A DNA stretch of 64,000 nt from Eledone cirrhosa. Lineage: Eukaryota. A program made the position numbers and the translations under genes. The notes below the pieces were generated by a model that saw nothing but the letters and a program-made list of their open reading frames with translations, had not been told where the DNA came from and searched no databases. This document shows positions 36,158 through 49,219 of this stretch, one piece after another. Positions within the stretch are counted from its first letter, which is position 1. Every line of letters begins with the position of its first letter. The DNA lies in the NCBI GenBank assembly GCA_964016885.1, contig OZ024743.1, positions 282,100,001 through 282,164,000 of the forward strand, written 5' to 3'.

Positions 36158-38801
36158 TACAGGAGAAAAATATGGAAGCTGAAGGACCCCACAGCCAGTA
36201 ATAAATTTAAAAGCATATTACTTGATGCTTTTGACAGTAAGGAAGAGCAATTAGAGTTGTACAATATAGAGGAACAGTGGGAATTCCTGAAAGCTAACCT
36301 GCTGAAGGCGACAGATGAAATCTGTGGCTGGGGAAGACTTATAGGCAGGAGGAGACTAACTTGGTGGTGGAACAGTAAGGTGGAGGAGTCAATCAAGGCA
36401 AAAAGCAGGCTTGGAAAGTAGGGCGGGATGGGGGAAGTAGAGAAGACTATCAAGTGGCCAGGAGGGAAGCTAAGAGACAAGTGTACTTCGCAAGAAGGGA
36501 AGCAGAGGAAAGAAAGTTCAAGTATGTTCTACAAAGCGAGGACCAAAAACGTGAGGTGTTCAGGATTGCTAGGCAATGTGTCAAGGAAAGCCGTGTCGAG
36601 GAGAAGTGTGTCCTTAATGATGATGGTGTACTTGCCATCACTGACGCTGATAAGAAGGTAGCTTGGAAGTGTCACTACGAAAGGCTACTAGATGAGGAGA
36701 ATAAATGGGAGAAAGACAGCCTCCCCCATATCGATACAATAGAGGGAGCAGCAGTGCATGTTGAAGGTAATATAATAAGTAAGACAATCAAAGATATGAA
36801 GACAGGAAAGGCGTCTGGGCCTTTGGAAATAGTTGCTGAACTGCTGAAAGCATCTGGAATGGTGGGACACACTATGGTCACCCGGATAGTAAACCAAGTC
36901 ATACAGAATGGGGTCGTACCGAAGGACTGGCGTAGCAGCATCATCATTAACTGATACAAGGGTAAAGGAGATACTCTAGATAGGGGTAACTATATAGGCA
37001 TTAAATTAATTGACCAGGTCATGAAGGTCACAGAAAAAGTAATAGCGCAACTAATCAGAGAGCGAATTGATCTAGATGAAATGCAGTTCGGGTTTGTGTC
37101 AGGTAAAAGTACCACAGACACTCTTTTCATTGTACGACAACTACAGGAGAAGTACCTAGCTAAAAGTAAACCCCTATACTTAGCTTTTGTTGACTTGGAG
37201 AAAGCCTTTGACAGAGTCCCACGCCCCATTATCTGGTGGTCTCTCAGAAAACTAGGTGTTGATGAATGGCTTGTGAGAGCTATACAAGCCATGTATAAAG
37301 AAACAGTCAACAAGGTTAGAATTAACAACGAATATAGTGAAGAGTTTAGCGTAAAAGTTGGTGTTCATCAGGGCTCCGTCCTTAGCCCCCTCCTATTTAT
37401 TATTGCCCTTCAGGCTATAACAGAGGAGTTCAAGACCGGCTGCCCATGGGAACTCCTACACGCAGATGATCGAACGCTCATAGCTGAATCAATGGCCGAA
37501 CTAAAGAAGAAATTCCAAACATGGAAGCATGGCCTAGAATCAAAAGGCCTTAAAATTAACCTGTCTAAGACTAAAGTTCTAGTATGTAGGAAGGAAAATA
37601 GGGCACTGGTCCCATCTGGGAAATGGCCATGCTCAGTGTGTAGGAAAGGAGTAGGCAGAAACTCCATTTTATGTCCCAAATGCAAAGTATGGGTGCATAA
37701 AAGATGTAGTGGGATCACAGGTAAGCTAACTAAGAATATAGATTTTATATGTGGCCGGTGCTCAGGTGCAATAAGTAGCAGCAAGTGCCCACAGAATACT
37801 AGCTCATTCCATTGCACAGATGGTTCTATAGAAATAGTGGACACCTTCCGTTACCTGGGTGACAAAATCAGCAGTGGTGGAGGGTACTCTGAAAGTACAG
37901 TAGCTAGAGTCAGAATGGGATGGAAAAAGTTCAGAGAGCTTATACCACTATTGGCCGCTAAAGGTTTCTCTCTAAAAATGAAAGGCAGGCTGTATGATGC
38001 CTGCATACGAACAGCTATGTTACATGGCAGTGAGACATGGGCATTGTGTGCAGAGGATATGCGCAGACTGGAGAGGAATGAAGCTTGCATGCTCCGTTGG
38101 ATGTGTAATAGTAATATACGTGAACGGCAAAGCATAAATGAACTAAGTGAGAAATTAGGAATAAGAGGGATCAGATGCTGGTTCCTTGAGAGAAGACTAG
38201 GTTGGTACAGTCACGTGATGTGCATGAAAGACGACAGCTGTATAAAAAAATTGTAGGGCGATAAAAATAGACGGTAACCACGGAGTAGCCAGACCCAGAA
38301 AAACCTGGGACGACTTGATAAATTCCGACCTCACACACTTACACCTCTCCAAGACAATGTCACTGGACCAAGATCTTTGGTGCTACGCAGTAATAGAGAA
38401 GACCCGCCTTGCCTAAGTACAAAGCAAAACCTACAGTCAGTAGGCACCTCTTAACAAAAATACACCCCTGTTCCACTATTCCCACCCCATCCACACCACA
38501 ACCTTCGATGTAAAGTTATGTTGGTACCACAACATCCAGTCCTAAATAAATGAGGTCGTGTGGGTGTCATGACAAAAAAAAACACACAGTCCACGCTGTA
38601 ATGTGGCCGTGTAGGTCACACGGTAAAAACCTCCCAGTCCACACTGTAAACATGGTTGGTGTTAGGAAGGGCATCCAGCCGTAGAAAACCTACCAGACAG
38701 TCCTATACGAGCAAGACAACCAATCTTGCCTCAAGTGGGAAAATTCCCGTCCAAACCCATGCTAGCATGGAAGATGGACATTAAACGATGATGATGATGA
38801 T
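36158..38801 (+). mobile_element. Decayed RTE LINE
   Basis: ORF pieces 36119-36421, 36454-36954 and 37021-38256, followed by a GAT tail. Confidence 0.92.
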
Positions 38802-38816
38802 AATATATATATATAT

Positions 38817-40637
38817 AAGCCAGATCACTCACACAAGCCAGATCACTGACGATCCCCAAAAATGCGTAGAACTCATTGCTGAGTGCTATGCAAGCATTTT
38901 TACTGTTGAAAACCAGAATGTACCATCTCCACCATCTCTAACATCAAATTCCATAACAACTATAGAATTTACACCTGCAATGTTGCGACGTCACCTTAAG
39001 AATAAGCGCAACTATGCCTCCCTTGGTCTTGATGGTGTTACATACCTGCTTCTCAAATGTGGCGGGTACTTCCTTTTGCACCAGCTTTCTTTCTTCTTTC
39101 CATACTGTCTCAACAATGGTGCTACTCCGAAGCAGTGGAAAACTGCCAGTGTGATTCCCCTGTTCAAAAAGAGCGACCGCACATCACCTGTCAACTATCG
39201 TCCAGTCAGTCTTACTAGCTGTATTGCCAAACTGATGGAATGCTGTGTCAGAGAAACACTTTGGAACTTCTGGAGCTCTCACAGCCTCAGCCGGCCCTCA
39301 CAGTTTGGATTTATCCCTAACTCCAGCTGCTGTGATCAGCTTATCGAGTTCTTTGAAGACATTACCCGGATCACTGACAGCGGCTTGTGGGTGGATGTTG
39401 TTTACCTTGACTTTGCTAAGTCTTTTAATTCTGTGCCACACAAAAGACTTATGGCGAAACTCTCTGCAATGGGTGTGAGGGATGATCTTTTTAACTGGTT
39501 GAAATCCTTCATTCTCAGCCGAAAAGAGGTAGTCACGGTTCTAGGACAGCATTCTTCACCATATGAGATGTCATCTGGTGTACCACAGGGATTTGTTCTT
39601 GGTCCCCTTTTGTTTATGGCATATATTAATGACATAGATGCCAACTTAAAGAATGCCATGGTACTGAAATATGCAGATGACATCAAGCTGTACCTTGAAA
39701 TCAAAAGGACTGATTCTGAAATCTACAACTCTTTCCTACAATCAGACCTGGACACAATGCAGCAATGGATCACAGACTGGCAACTGAAGCTGGCTGTGGA
39801 CAAGTGTAACACCATGCATTTTGGGAGGACAAATCCAGCGTCTACATACTCCCTCCACAACACTGATATCAAGAAGTCCTCTTGTGAACGTGACCTGGTC
39901 ATTACTGTCAGCAGCGATTTGCGTTGGACAAAGCATGTCTCTAAGATTGTCAAGAAGGCCGAGGGTGTCTTGGCATCACTCAGGAAGACCTTTGTTAGCC
40001 GCTCTCCAGCCATCTATTTAAAGCTGTATACAGCTATGGTACGACCACACTTGGAATTTGCATCATCAGTCTGGAACCCTTATCTTGCTCAGAACATTGA
40101 CCTCCTGGAAACTGTTCAGAGACATGCAACCAAGCGCATACCCTCCATCAGACACCTACCATACTCTGAACGCCTTGCTTCTCTGGGCATGGATTCATTG
40201 AAGCTCCAACGTCTGGCAATGGACTTGGTAAACACCCACAAAGTTATTAACCATCTCGCCAACAACAACCCTGAGCACCTTTTTGATCTCCATGTGTCTA
40301 ACACATGTGGACATGCCTACAAAATCAGAAAACAGCACAGCTCCCATGACTTTCTGAAACATTTTTTCACGCTTAGAGTTGCTGAAGCATAGAACAAACT
40401 GCCTGCGTCAGATATTAGCTGCAGAAACACTGCATCCTTTAAAACCCTCATGCTTCCCAAAATTCGCCAAAACTACACCTGATGTACCCCTTCCATACAC
40501 ATGCACACATGTGTATATCATGACTCATGCACTGTTCATTTTCCAGACTTTTGTACATTACCCTATGTACTATACATACACTTTTTGATGAGTTGTAGTG
40601 CACCTGAGCACTGTACACAATATTTTCATTATTATTA
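38817..40637 (+). mobile_element. 5'-truncated CR1-clade LINE (RT ORF to 40392)
   Basis: NYRPVSLTS, YLDFAKSF, SGVPQG.VLGP, YADD, RPHLEFASSVWNP motifs and an ATT tail. Confidence 0.9.
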
Positions 40638-40664
40638 TATATATATATGTATATGTATATATTT

Positions 40665-40698
<34 letters not shown>

Positions 40699-40699
40699 T

Positions 40700-40749
<50 letters not shown>

Positions 40750-40903
40750 AACACACAGATACATGCGGGGACACACATATATACATGAATGCATCCGCAC
40801 CCAACTGTGAGTTAAGGGTGCCAACTTCACCGATGTTGCTCAATGAATGACTGGGACAGACCAATTCAGTTTGAACCAGACTGAACCAGTATCAGAGTTA
40901 AAA

Positions 40904-41051
40904 ATACATTATGAAGAGAGAAGAAACATTTAGATATAATTAGTAATAAAATGTATCATACCTAAACTGCTCCTAAATTCCTCAGGAGCAGTTTAGGTAT
41001 GATACATTTTATTACTAATTATATCTAAATGTTTCTTCTCTCTTCATAATG

Positions 41052-41054
<3 letters not shown>
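40904..41054. repeat. Perfect hairpin, 71-bp arms, 9-nt loop, abutting (TA)n
   Basis: 40904-40974 is the reverse complement of 40984-41054. Confidence 0.95.
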
Positions 41055-41088
<34 letters not shown>

Positions 41089-41133
41089 ATATATATATAT
41101 GTGTGTATATATATATGTGTGTGTATATATATA

Positions 41134-41226
<93 letters not shown>

Positions 41227-41232
41227 GTGTGA

Positions 41233-41424
<192 letters not shown>

Positions 41425-41429
41425 GTGCG

Positions 41430-41508
<79 letters not shown>

Positions 41509-41511
<3 letters not shown>

Positions 41512-42835
41512 CATAGCGGAATCAATGGCCGAGCTAGAGAAGAAATTCCAAACATGGAAGCACGGCCTAGAGTCAAAAGGACTTAAAATTAACCTGGCTA
41601 AGACCAAAGTACTAGTTTGTAGGAAAGAAAACAAGGGGGCGGTCCCTTCTGGGAAATGGTCGTGCTCGGTGTGTAGGAAAGGCGTAGGTAGAAACTCCAT
41701 TTTATGTCCCAAATGCAAAGTATGGGTGCATAAAAGATGTAGTGGGATCACAGGTAAGCTAACTAAGAACATAGATTTTACATGTGGCCGGTGTTCTGGT
41801 GCAATAAGTAGCAGCAAGTGCCCACAAAATACTAGCTCTTTCAATTGCGCAGAGGGTTCTATAGAAATAGTGGACAGCTTCCGTTACCTGGGCGATAAAA
41901 TCAGCAGTGGGGGAGGGTGCTCTGAAAGTACTGTAGCTAGAGTCAGAACTGGTTGGAAAAAGTTCAGAGAGCTTATACCACTATTAGCTGCTAAAGGGTT
42001 CTCCCTAAAAATGAAAGGCAGGTTGTACGATGCCTGCATACGAACAGCAATGCTGCATGGCAGTGAGACCTGGGCATTGTGTGCAGAGGATATACGCAGA
42101 CTAGAGAGGAACGAAGCTTGCATGCTCCGCTGGATGTGTAACAGTAATATACGTGAACGGCAAAGCATAAACGAACTAAGGAAAAAATTAGAGATAAGAG
42201 GGATCAGATGTTGTTTACTCGAGAGAAGGCTACGTTGGTATGGACACGTGATGCGCATGAAAGTCGATAGCTGTATAACAAAGTGCAGGGCAATAAAGAT
42301 AGACGGTAGTCACGGAATAGGCAGACCTAGAAAAACCTGGGACGAGCTGATAAACTCCGACATCACACACTTACACCTCTCCAAGACAATGTCACTGGAC
42401 CGAGACCTTTGGCGGTACTCAGTAACAGAGAAGACCCGCCTTACCTAAATATATAGTAAAACCTACTCCAGCCAGTAGGCATCTCTAACAAAATACACCC
42501 CGTCCCACCACCACCACCCCCACCCCATCCACACCACCCCGTTCTATGTAAAGTTATGTTGGTGCCGCGCCATCGAGGCCGAAACAAATGAGATCGTGTA
42601 GGTGTCACGACAAAAAAACACACAGTCCACGCTGTAATGTGGCCGTGTAGGCAACACGGTAAAAACCTCCCAGACCCACACTGTAAATGTGGTTGGTGTT
42701 AGGAAGGGCATCCAACTGTAGAAAACCTGCCAGACAGTCCTATGCGAGCAAGACAATCACTCTTGCCTCAAGTGGGACTACCCCCGTCCAAACCCATGCA
42801 AGCGTGGAACACGGACGTTAAACGTTGATGATGAT
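41509..42835 (+). mobile_element. 5'-truncated RTE LINE, near-identical to the 32134 copy
   Basis: ORF to 42448, 3'UTR and GAT tail. (TA)n on both sides. Confidence 0.92.
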
Positions 42836-42836
42836 A

Positions 42837-42887
<51 letters not shown>

Positions 42888-42946
42888 GTATATATATATA
42901 TATATATATATGCATATATGTATATATATATATATATATGTATACA

Positions 42947-42993
<47 letters not shown>

Positions 42994-43000
42994 GTATATA

Positions 43001-43039
<39 letters not shown>

Positions 43040-43041
<2 letters not shown>

Positions 43042-44237
43042 CATCATCATCATCATCACCGTTTTACGTCCGTTCTTCCACGCTAGCATGGGTTAGACGG
43101 GTTGTCCTGTTGTGGGCAGTGTCTGGTCGGCTGACCATGCCTTGCTCATACAGGAACTGATCTGGCTTGATTTCTACAGCTGGATGCCCTTCCTAACACC
43201 AACCTCATTTACAGTGAGTGCTGGGTGCTTTTTCGTGGCGCCTACACGTCCACTTTACAGTGTGGGCTGGTTGCTTTTTTGCCGTGGCACCTCCACGACC
43301 ACCTTGCGGTGGGGGGAGTGGGCGCATATTGTTTATATGCTTCAGCATGTACCCATGGGAGGTCGGGTACCCTGTATTGCTGCGTGACACCAGAAGTCAC
43401 GGTCGTGTGTCATTGACTTTGAGAGGTGTAGTTGGGTAAGGTCGGCTTTTATCACCTCATCCCAAGTCATCTTGGGTCTCCCCACTCCGCGGTTTCTATC
43501 AACTTCTAGTGCTCTGCACCTTTTTATGCAGCTGTCATCCTTCATACGCATCACATGTCCATACCAGCGTAACCGCCTCTCCTGCACGCAGCATTTGATT
43601 CCTCTTATGCTCAGTCTCTCTCTCAATTCCTTTATGCTTTGTCGTTCACGTATATTACTGTTACACATCCATCGGAGCATGCAGGCTTCGTTTCTCTCTA
43701 ATCTACGTAAGTCTTCCACCTTCAGCGCCCAGGTCTCACTACCATGCAACATCGCTGTTCGGATACACGCATCATACAGTCTGCCTTTCATTCTGAGGGA
43801 GAAGCCTTTTGCAGCTAGCAGTGGTAGTAGTTCCCTAAACTTCTTCCATCCCGTTCTTACCCTAGTTATTGTACTTTCTGAGCACCCACCTCCGTTGCTA
43901 ATTCGGTCACCTAGATAGCAGAAGCTGTCTACTGTTTCTACAGGGCCCTCCCAGAGATTGGTGGTACTTGTTTCCTGTGGCTGTTTGCTTGCTGTTTCAG
44001 CACAGCTGCTGCATGTGAATCCTACATTCTTAATTAAGCTTCCTGAGATCCCGCTACATCTCTTGTGTACCCATTGTTTGCATTTGGGGCAGAGAATGGA
44101 GTTCCTACCTACACCTTTCCTACATACTGAGCAAGGCCATTTCCCTGAGGGGATCTGGGTTCTGTTTTCTCGTCTACTTATAAGGACCTTAGTCTTTGTC
44201 ATGTTGACTTTGAGGCCCTTTCTCTCTAGTCCCTGCT
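43040..44237 (-). mobile_element. 5'-truncated RTE LINE, near-identical to the 58539 and 10340 copies
   Basis: ORF 43342-44237 and (CAT)n tail. (TA)n on both sides. Confidence 0.92.
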
Positions 44238-44385
44238 TATATATATATATATATGTGTGTATATATGTGTGTATATATATATATATGTGTGTGTATATTT
44301 GTGTATATATATATATATGTGTATATATGTGTATATATATATACAATACATTAACAAATGGAAACTATATTTATAGAACCATATT

Positions 44386-44451
44386 TATTTCATTATACAT
44401 ATTTCAAGGGCCACCAAGGCAAACTATGGTGCACTTTCATCAGATAAAATA
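44386..44451 (-). ncRNA. Type-I hammerhead in a ~275-bp island between (TA)n arrays
   Basis: Minus strand: TATTTTAT CTGATGA AAGTGCACCA..TGGTGGCCCTT GAAA TATGTA TA ATGAAATA (8-bp stem I). A short inverted repeat lies at 44492-44541. Confidence 0.8.
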
Positions 44452-44649
44452 TAATATAGGTTAGTTTTATAAATAAATATTGACATACCCTGAAAAAATG
44501 CAACCATCAGGAGATTCCAACCAGAATGGTTGCATTTTTCCAATAATTTGTTGAGTGCTTTATATCAGTTATAAAAATATTTTGGTTGTTGTATCCCAAC
44601 AAATTAAATATAACCTCTACATATATATATATATATATATATATGTATA

Positions 44650-44702
<53 letters not shown>

Positions 44703-44762
44703 ATATATATATACATATATATGTGTGTATATATATATATATACATATATATATATGTATAT

Positions 44763-46589
44763 ATCATCATCATCCATTTTACGTACGCTTTTCCCTGCTT
44801 GCAATGCCTCATTTCTCTCCAGCCATCGCATATCCTCTGCAGTTGCTGCCCATGTCTCACTACCATACAGCATCGCGCTCCTCACACAGGCATCATACAA
44901 CCGGCCTTTCGTACGCAGGGAGAAACCCTTCTTCGTCAACAGAGGAAGCAGCTCCCTAAACTTCTTCCAACCCGTCCTTATTCTAGATACTATGGCCTCG
45001 GAACACCCTCCTCCCATGCTAATCTGATCTCCTAGGTACCGGAAGCTATCCACCACTTCTATAGCACCCTCTTGCATTTGAAAAATGTGTCTATCAGTGC
45101 GACTTCTACTGTCTAATTTCCCTGTACATCTACTGCATACATATTTCTCCCTACCTGTTAGTTTGCCTGCTATCCCGCTACATCTCTTGTGTACCAGGAT
45201 CTGCATTGTGTGCATTTTATAGAATTTATGCCAGTTCCTTTTCTACATATTGAACATGGCCATTTCCCTGATGGAATCAGAGATTTGTCCTCTTTTCTAC
45301 TTATCAACACTTTTGTCTCAGCTAGGATCACTCTCAGTCCTCTTGATTCCAACTGTTGTTTCCATAGCCAGAATTTCTTTCCTAGCTCCTCTACTGATTC
45401 TGCTATAAGAACCAGATCGTCAGCGTAGAGAAGTTCCCATGGACAGCCAGTCTTAAACTCCTCTGTTATGGCTTGGAGGACTATAATGGACAAGAGCGGG
45501 CTGAGGACCGAACCCTGATGTATTCCTACTTGTATCTGGAATTCCTCACTAAACTCCATTCCTACCCTGACTTTACTGAGAGTACCTCTGTACAAAGTTT
45601 TCACTGTCCTCACAAGCCATTCCTCAACACCTAGCTTCCTTAGGGACCACCAGATGACAGATCGGGGTACCCTATCAAAGGCCTTCTCTAGGTCAACAAA
45701 GGCTAAGTATAGTGGCTTATTCTTCTCTAAGAACCTCTCTTGCAATTGTCTCACCAAGAAGAGGGCATCTGTTGTACTCTTCCCAGGCACAAAACCAAAC
45801 TGCATCTCATCTAGTTTGACCCTTTCTCTAATTAGTTGTGCTAAAATCCTTTCTGCCACTTTCATAACCTGATCTATCAGTTTTATACCCCTATAATTGC
45901 TCCTCTCCAAAGCATCCCCTTTACCTTTGTAGCAATTTATGAGAATACTGCTGCACCAGTCTTTGGGTATGACACCACCATATATAGCCTGATTGATGAT
46001 GCGTGCAACCAGTTTAGTGTCTACATCCCCTGATGCCTTCAGCATGTCAGCAACTATTCCCGATGGTCCGGCAGCCTTACCATTTTTCATTTCCCTAATC
46101 GCCTCTTGGACCCTATATTCGTCAATCTCAATAGCTGGTCCCTCTGTCGGATCCACCAAGGGTAATTTCTCTCTCTCCCATTCGTTCTCCACATTCATCA
46201 GTCTCTCATAATGACATTTCCAGGCCTCCTTTTTCTGATCATTCGTGACACTAAGTACACCGGCATCATCCCGGACACATTTATCTCCAACAACATCCTG
46301 ATTTGCATTTACACACTGCCTTGCTATGTGGAACACCGCACGCCTCTGATCTTCCCGTCGCAGAACATTGGCAAACCTCCTACTCTCTGCCTCCCTGCGT
46401 GCTAAGTACACCTGACGTCTAGCTTCTCTCTTAGTGGCTGTATATTCTTCCCTACTCCCACCCTTTTTCCAAGCCTTCCATGCTAGTATTTTGTCTCTAA
46501 TAGCCTTATCTACTGTGCTGTTCCACCACCAGGTCACTCTCTGTCTGGTTGGAGCTCTGCTCCAGCCACAGGTTTCATCAGTAGCCTGC
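44763..46589 (-). mobile_element. RTE LINE with the late ORF deleted but the tail retained
   Basis: ORFs 45170-46591 and 44604-45215. The LERNEA region is joined directly to the terminal sequence and (GAT)n. Confidence 0.88.
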
Positions 46590-46626
<37 letters not shown>

Positions 46627-46944
46627 ATAATAATAGGGTTATAGTATCGTAAGAGAGGATAGAGAGGAGAGATACATGTATATATATATGATCATATGTA
46701 TGTAGAATGATGAAATATTCCTGTTTGTATGTTTGTATTGACTAGTGACAAAATATAAAAAATGCTAAACAAGGAATTTACTCATGCATAAATAATGTAT
46801 TTAGTTCTGATTACCAAAATGCTTAATGCACAATTTTAAATTGGGTCTACATTTCACATCTCTCTTGGCACTTTTTACCAGTTTTGGTAGGGATATTTGT
46901 GGTGGAAGGGGCCTACATTTTACATCTAAAGTCTAAAGTCTGTC

Positions 46945-47213
46945 TCAAGCCAAGAGGCTTATCAGGCTGCTGCTTATCTTGGTTTCCGTAGTGTGAATTG
47001 ACTGAGAGTACAAGAATCCCCCTAGACAGGACACCAGTCCATCGCAGGATAAACCCCCAGTTATTGCTGGTGCTCATTTTCAGCTGAGTTTACTGAAGCA
47101 ACATGAAATGAAGTGTTTTGCTCAAAAACACAACACAAAACCCAATCAAGAATCAAACCCATGACATTATGATCGTAAGTCCAATACCCTTACCACTAGG
47201 CCATGTGCCTCCA
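46945..47213 (-). mobile_element. tRNA-derived SINE (second family, V-domain-like)
   Basis: Minus strand: TGGCCTAGTGGTAAG (A-box), GGTTTGATTC (B-box), CCTGCGATGGACTGG. Related copy at 54235-54460 (+). Confidence 0.7.
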
Positions 47214-47703
47214 CACATTTAACATCTGGTCTAGATTTATTACCAGCTTTACACAGCCTTGCCTATCATTTGCCAGGTAATTTACATGCAGAGTGCATGC
47301 CATTCCATCTTTTGAAATTAGGTACATACAAACTTACATTAAAACTTCAACGGTTAAAACACAGATTACATGATGTTTTTAATCATAAGAAAGATTGTGT
47401 AGAACACAATAAATAGGTAACTGCATAAGACAAACAAGCTAAGTATTTATATGGAATTAAAATTGAATGTTATGTTAACATACAAAATAATTGTTGAATA
47501 TTATTTATGTAATCCAATTTTCTATTTCTATAATATAAGTGTGTTGAAGGCCATGAAAGCATACTTTCTGATTCATTTGTATATGTATTAGAGTAAAATA
47601 TGTTTTTTGTATAGAACAACTATAATACATACAAGTCTGATTGTATGTTCATGTAAAAGTATGTGTTTACATATGTGCTTATAAGAGTGCTTATATATAT
47701 ATA

Positions 47704-48868
47704 TCATCATCATCATTTAACGTCCATTCTCCACGCTAGCATGGGTTAGATGGGTTGTCCTATTAGAGGCAAGTTGAGTCAAGTAACCATGTCTTGCACA
47801 TATAGAACTGTTTCTGGCTTGATTTATACAACTGGATGCCCTTCCTAATGCTAACCACATTTACAGTGTGTGCTTTTTGTCATAACTCCTACATGACCAC
47901 TTTACAGTGTGGGCTGGGTGCTTTTTGTTGTGACACCTACATGACCACTTAGGAGAGTGGGTGTGGGGGTGTATAGAAGGAAGTATAGTATTTAAGAGGT
48001 GCCTACTAGATTTATGTTTGAGCCTGTTTGCATAGGAAGGCATGTCTTCAGTATTACTGCATAACACCAAAGATCTCGATCCTGTGTCTTTAAGAGGTGC
48101 AATTGCACAAGGTCAGCTTTTATCACCTCGTCCTGGGTCTTCCTACTTCATAGTTCCATCAATTTTGATCGCCCCGCACCTTTTTATATAGCTGTCGTCC
48201 TTCATATGCATCACATGACCATACCAATGCAATCTCCTCTCTAGTATACTGCATCTGATCCCGCTTATGCCTAATTTCTCTCTTAATTCAATTACGTTTT
48301 GCCGTTCATGTATATTACTATTACACATCTATCAGAGCATGTCTGCTTCATTTCTTTCCAATCTTCACAGGTCCTCTGTGCATGGTGCCCAGGTCTCACT
48401 ACTATGTAACATTGCCATTCATAAATGCATTGTACAATCTGCCCTTCATTTTAAGGGAAATACCTGTTGTAGCTAATAGCGGTATTAGCTCTTTGAACTT
48501 TCTCCCTCCCATTCTTACTCTGGCTACTGTACTTTTGAAACACCCTCCTCCACTGCTGATTTTATCACCCAAGTAACGGAAAGTGTCAACTATTTCTATT
48601 GAACCATCTGGGAATTTGAATGAGATGGTATCCTGTGGGCACTTGCTACTTACTGCACCTGAGAATCGGCTGCATATAAAACCTATGTTCTTTAATAGCC
48701 TGCCTGTGATCCCACTACATCTTTTATGTACCCATAGTTTGCATTTGGGACATAGAATTGAATTTCTACCTACTCCTTTCCTGCACACTGCGCAAGGCCA
48801 TTTCCCAGAGGGAATCTGGACCCTATTTTCCTTTCTACATACTAAAACTTTAGTCTTAGACAAGTTAA
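47704..48868 (-). mobile_element. Decayed 5'-truncated RTE LINE
   Basis: ORF pieces 48402-48868 and 48143-48328, with a (CAT)n tail. Confidence 0.88.
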
Positions 48869-48940
48869 CTTTTGAACCAGATATAGTAACTCGCTTTGGA
48901 AGCATGCTTCCAAAGCGAGTTACTATATCTGGTTCAAAAG
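48869..48940. repeat. 72-bp perfect spacerless palindrome centred on GCATGC
   Basis: CTTTTGAACCAGATATAGTAACTCGCTTTGGAAGCA|TGCTTCCAAAGCGAGTTACTATATCTGGTTCAAAAG. Confidence 0.97.
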
Positions 48941-49079
48941 AGAAGATAAATGGTGTGTCTGACACATCGAGATGGATGGAGGCTTCTCGTTCAGAGTCAC
49001 AACCCCAGACTCATAGAATTTCATGCCTGTTGAGGTGGACAAAGTTACAATCTCAGACTTACCTAAGGTTTTACTGTTG

Positions 49080-49219
49080 TGCAGAAGTTTTGTGGCCTAC
49101 AGGAGGACATAGAAGCTATTTTCAATTCGGTATTCGAGCCAACTCTTACCTATAGTAATGAGCCTTGGGTAATGATTGAAAGAATACAAGCAGCCAATAT
49201 GGAGCTCCTCCAAAGGGTC
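49080..49219 (+). mobile_element. RTE (Rex3/Expander-like) fragment, the target of the LTR insertion
   Basis: Translates as AIFNSVFEPTLTYSNEPWVMIERIQAANMELLQRV. Confidence 0.6.
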
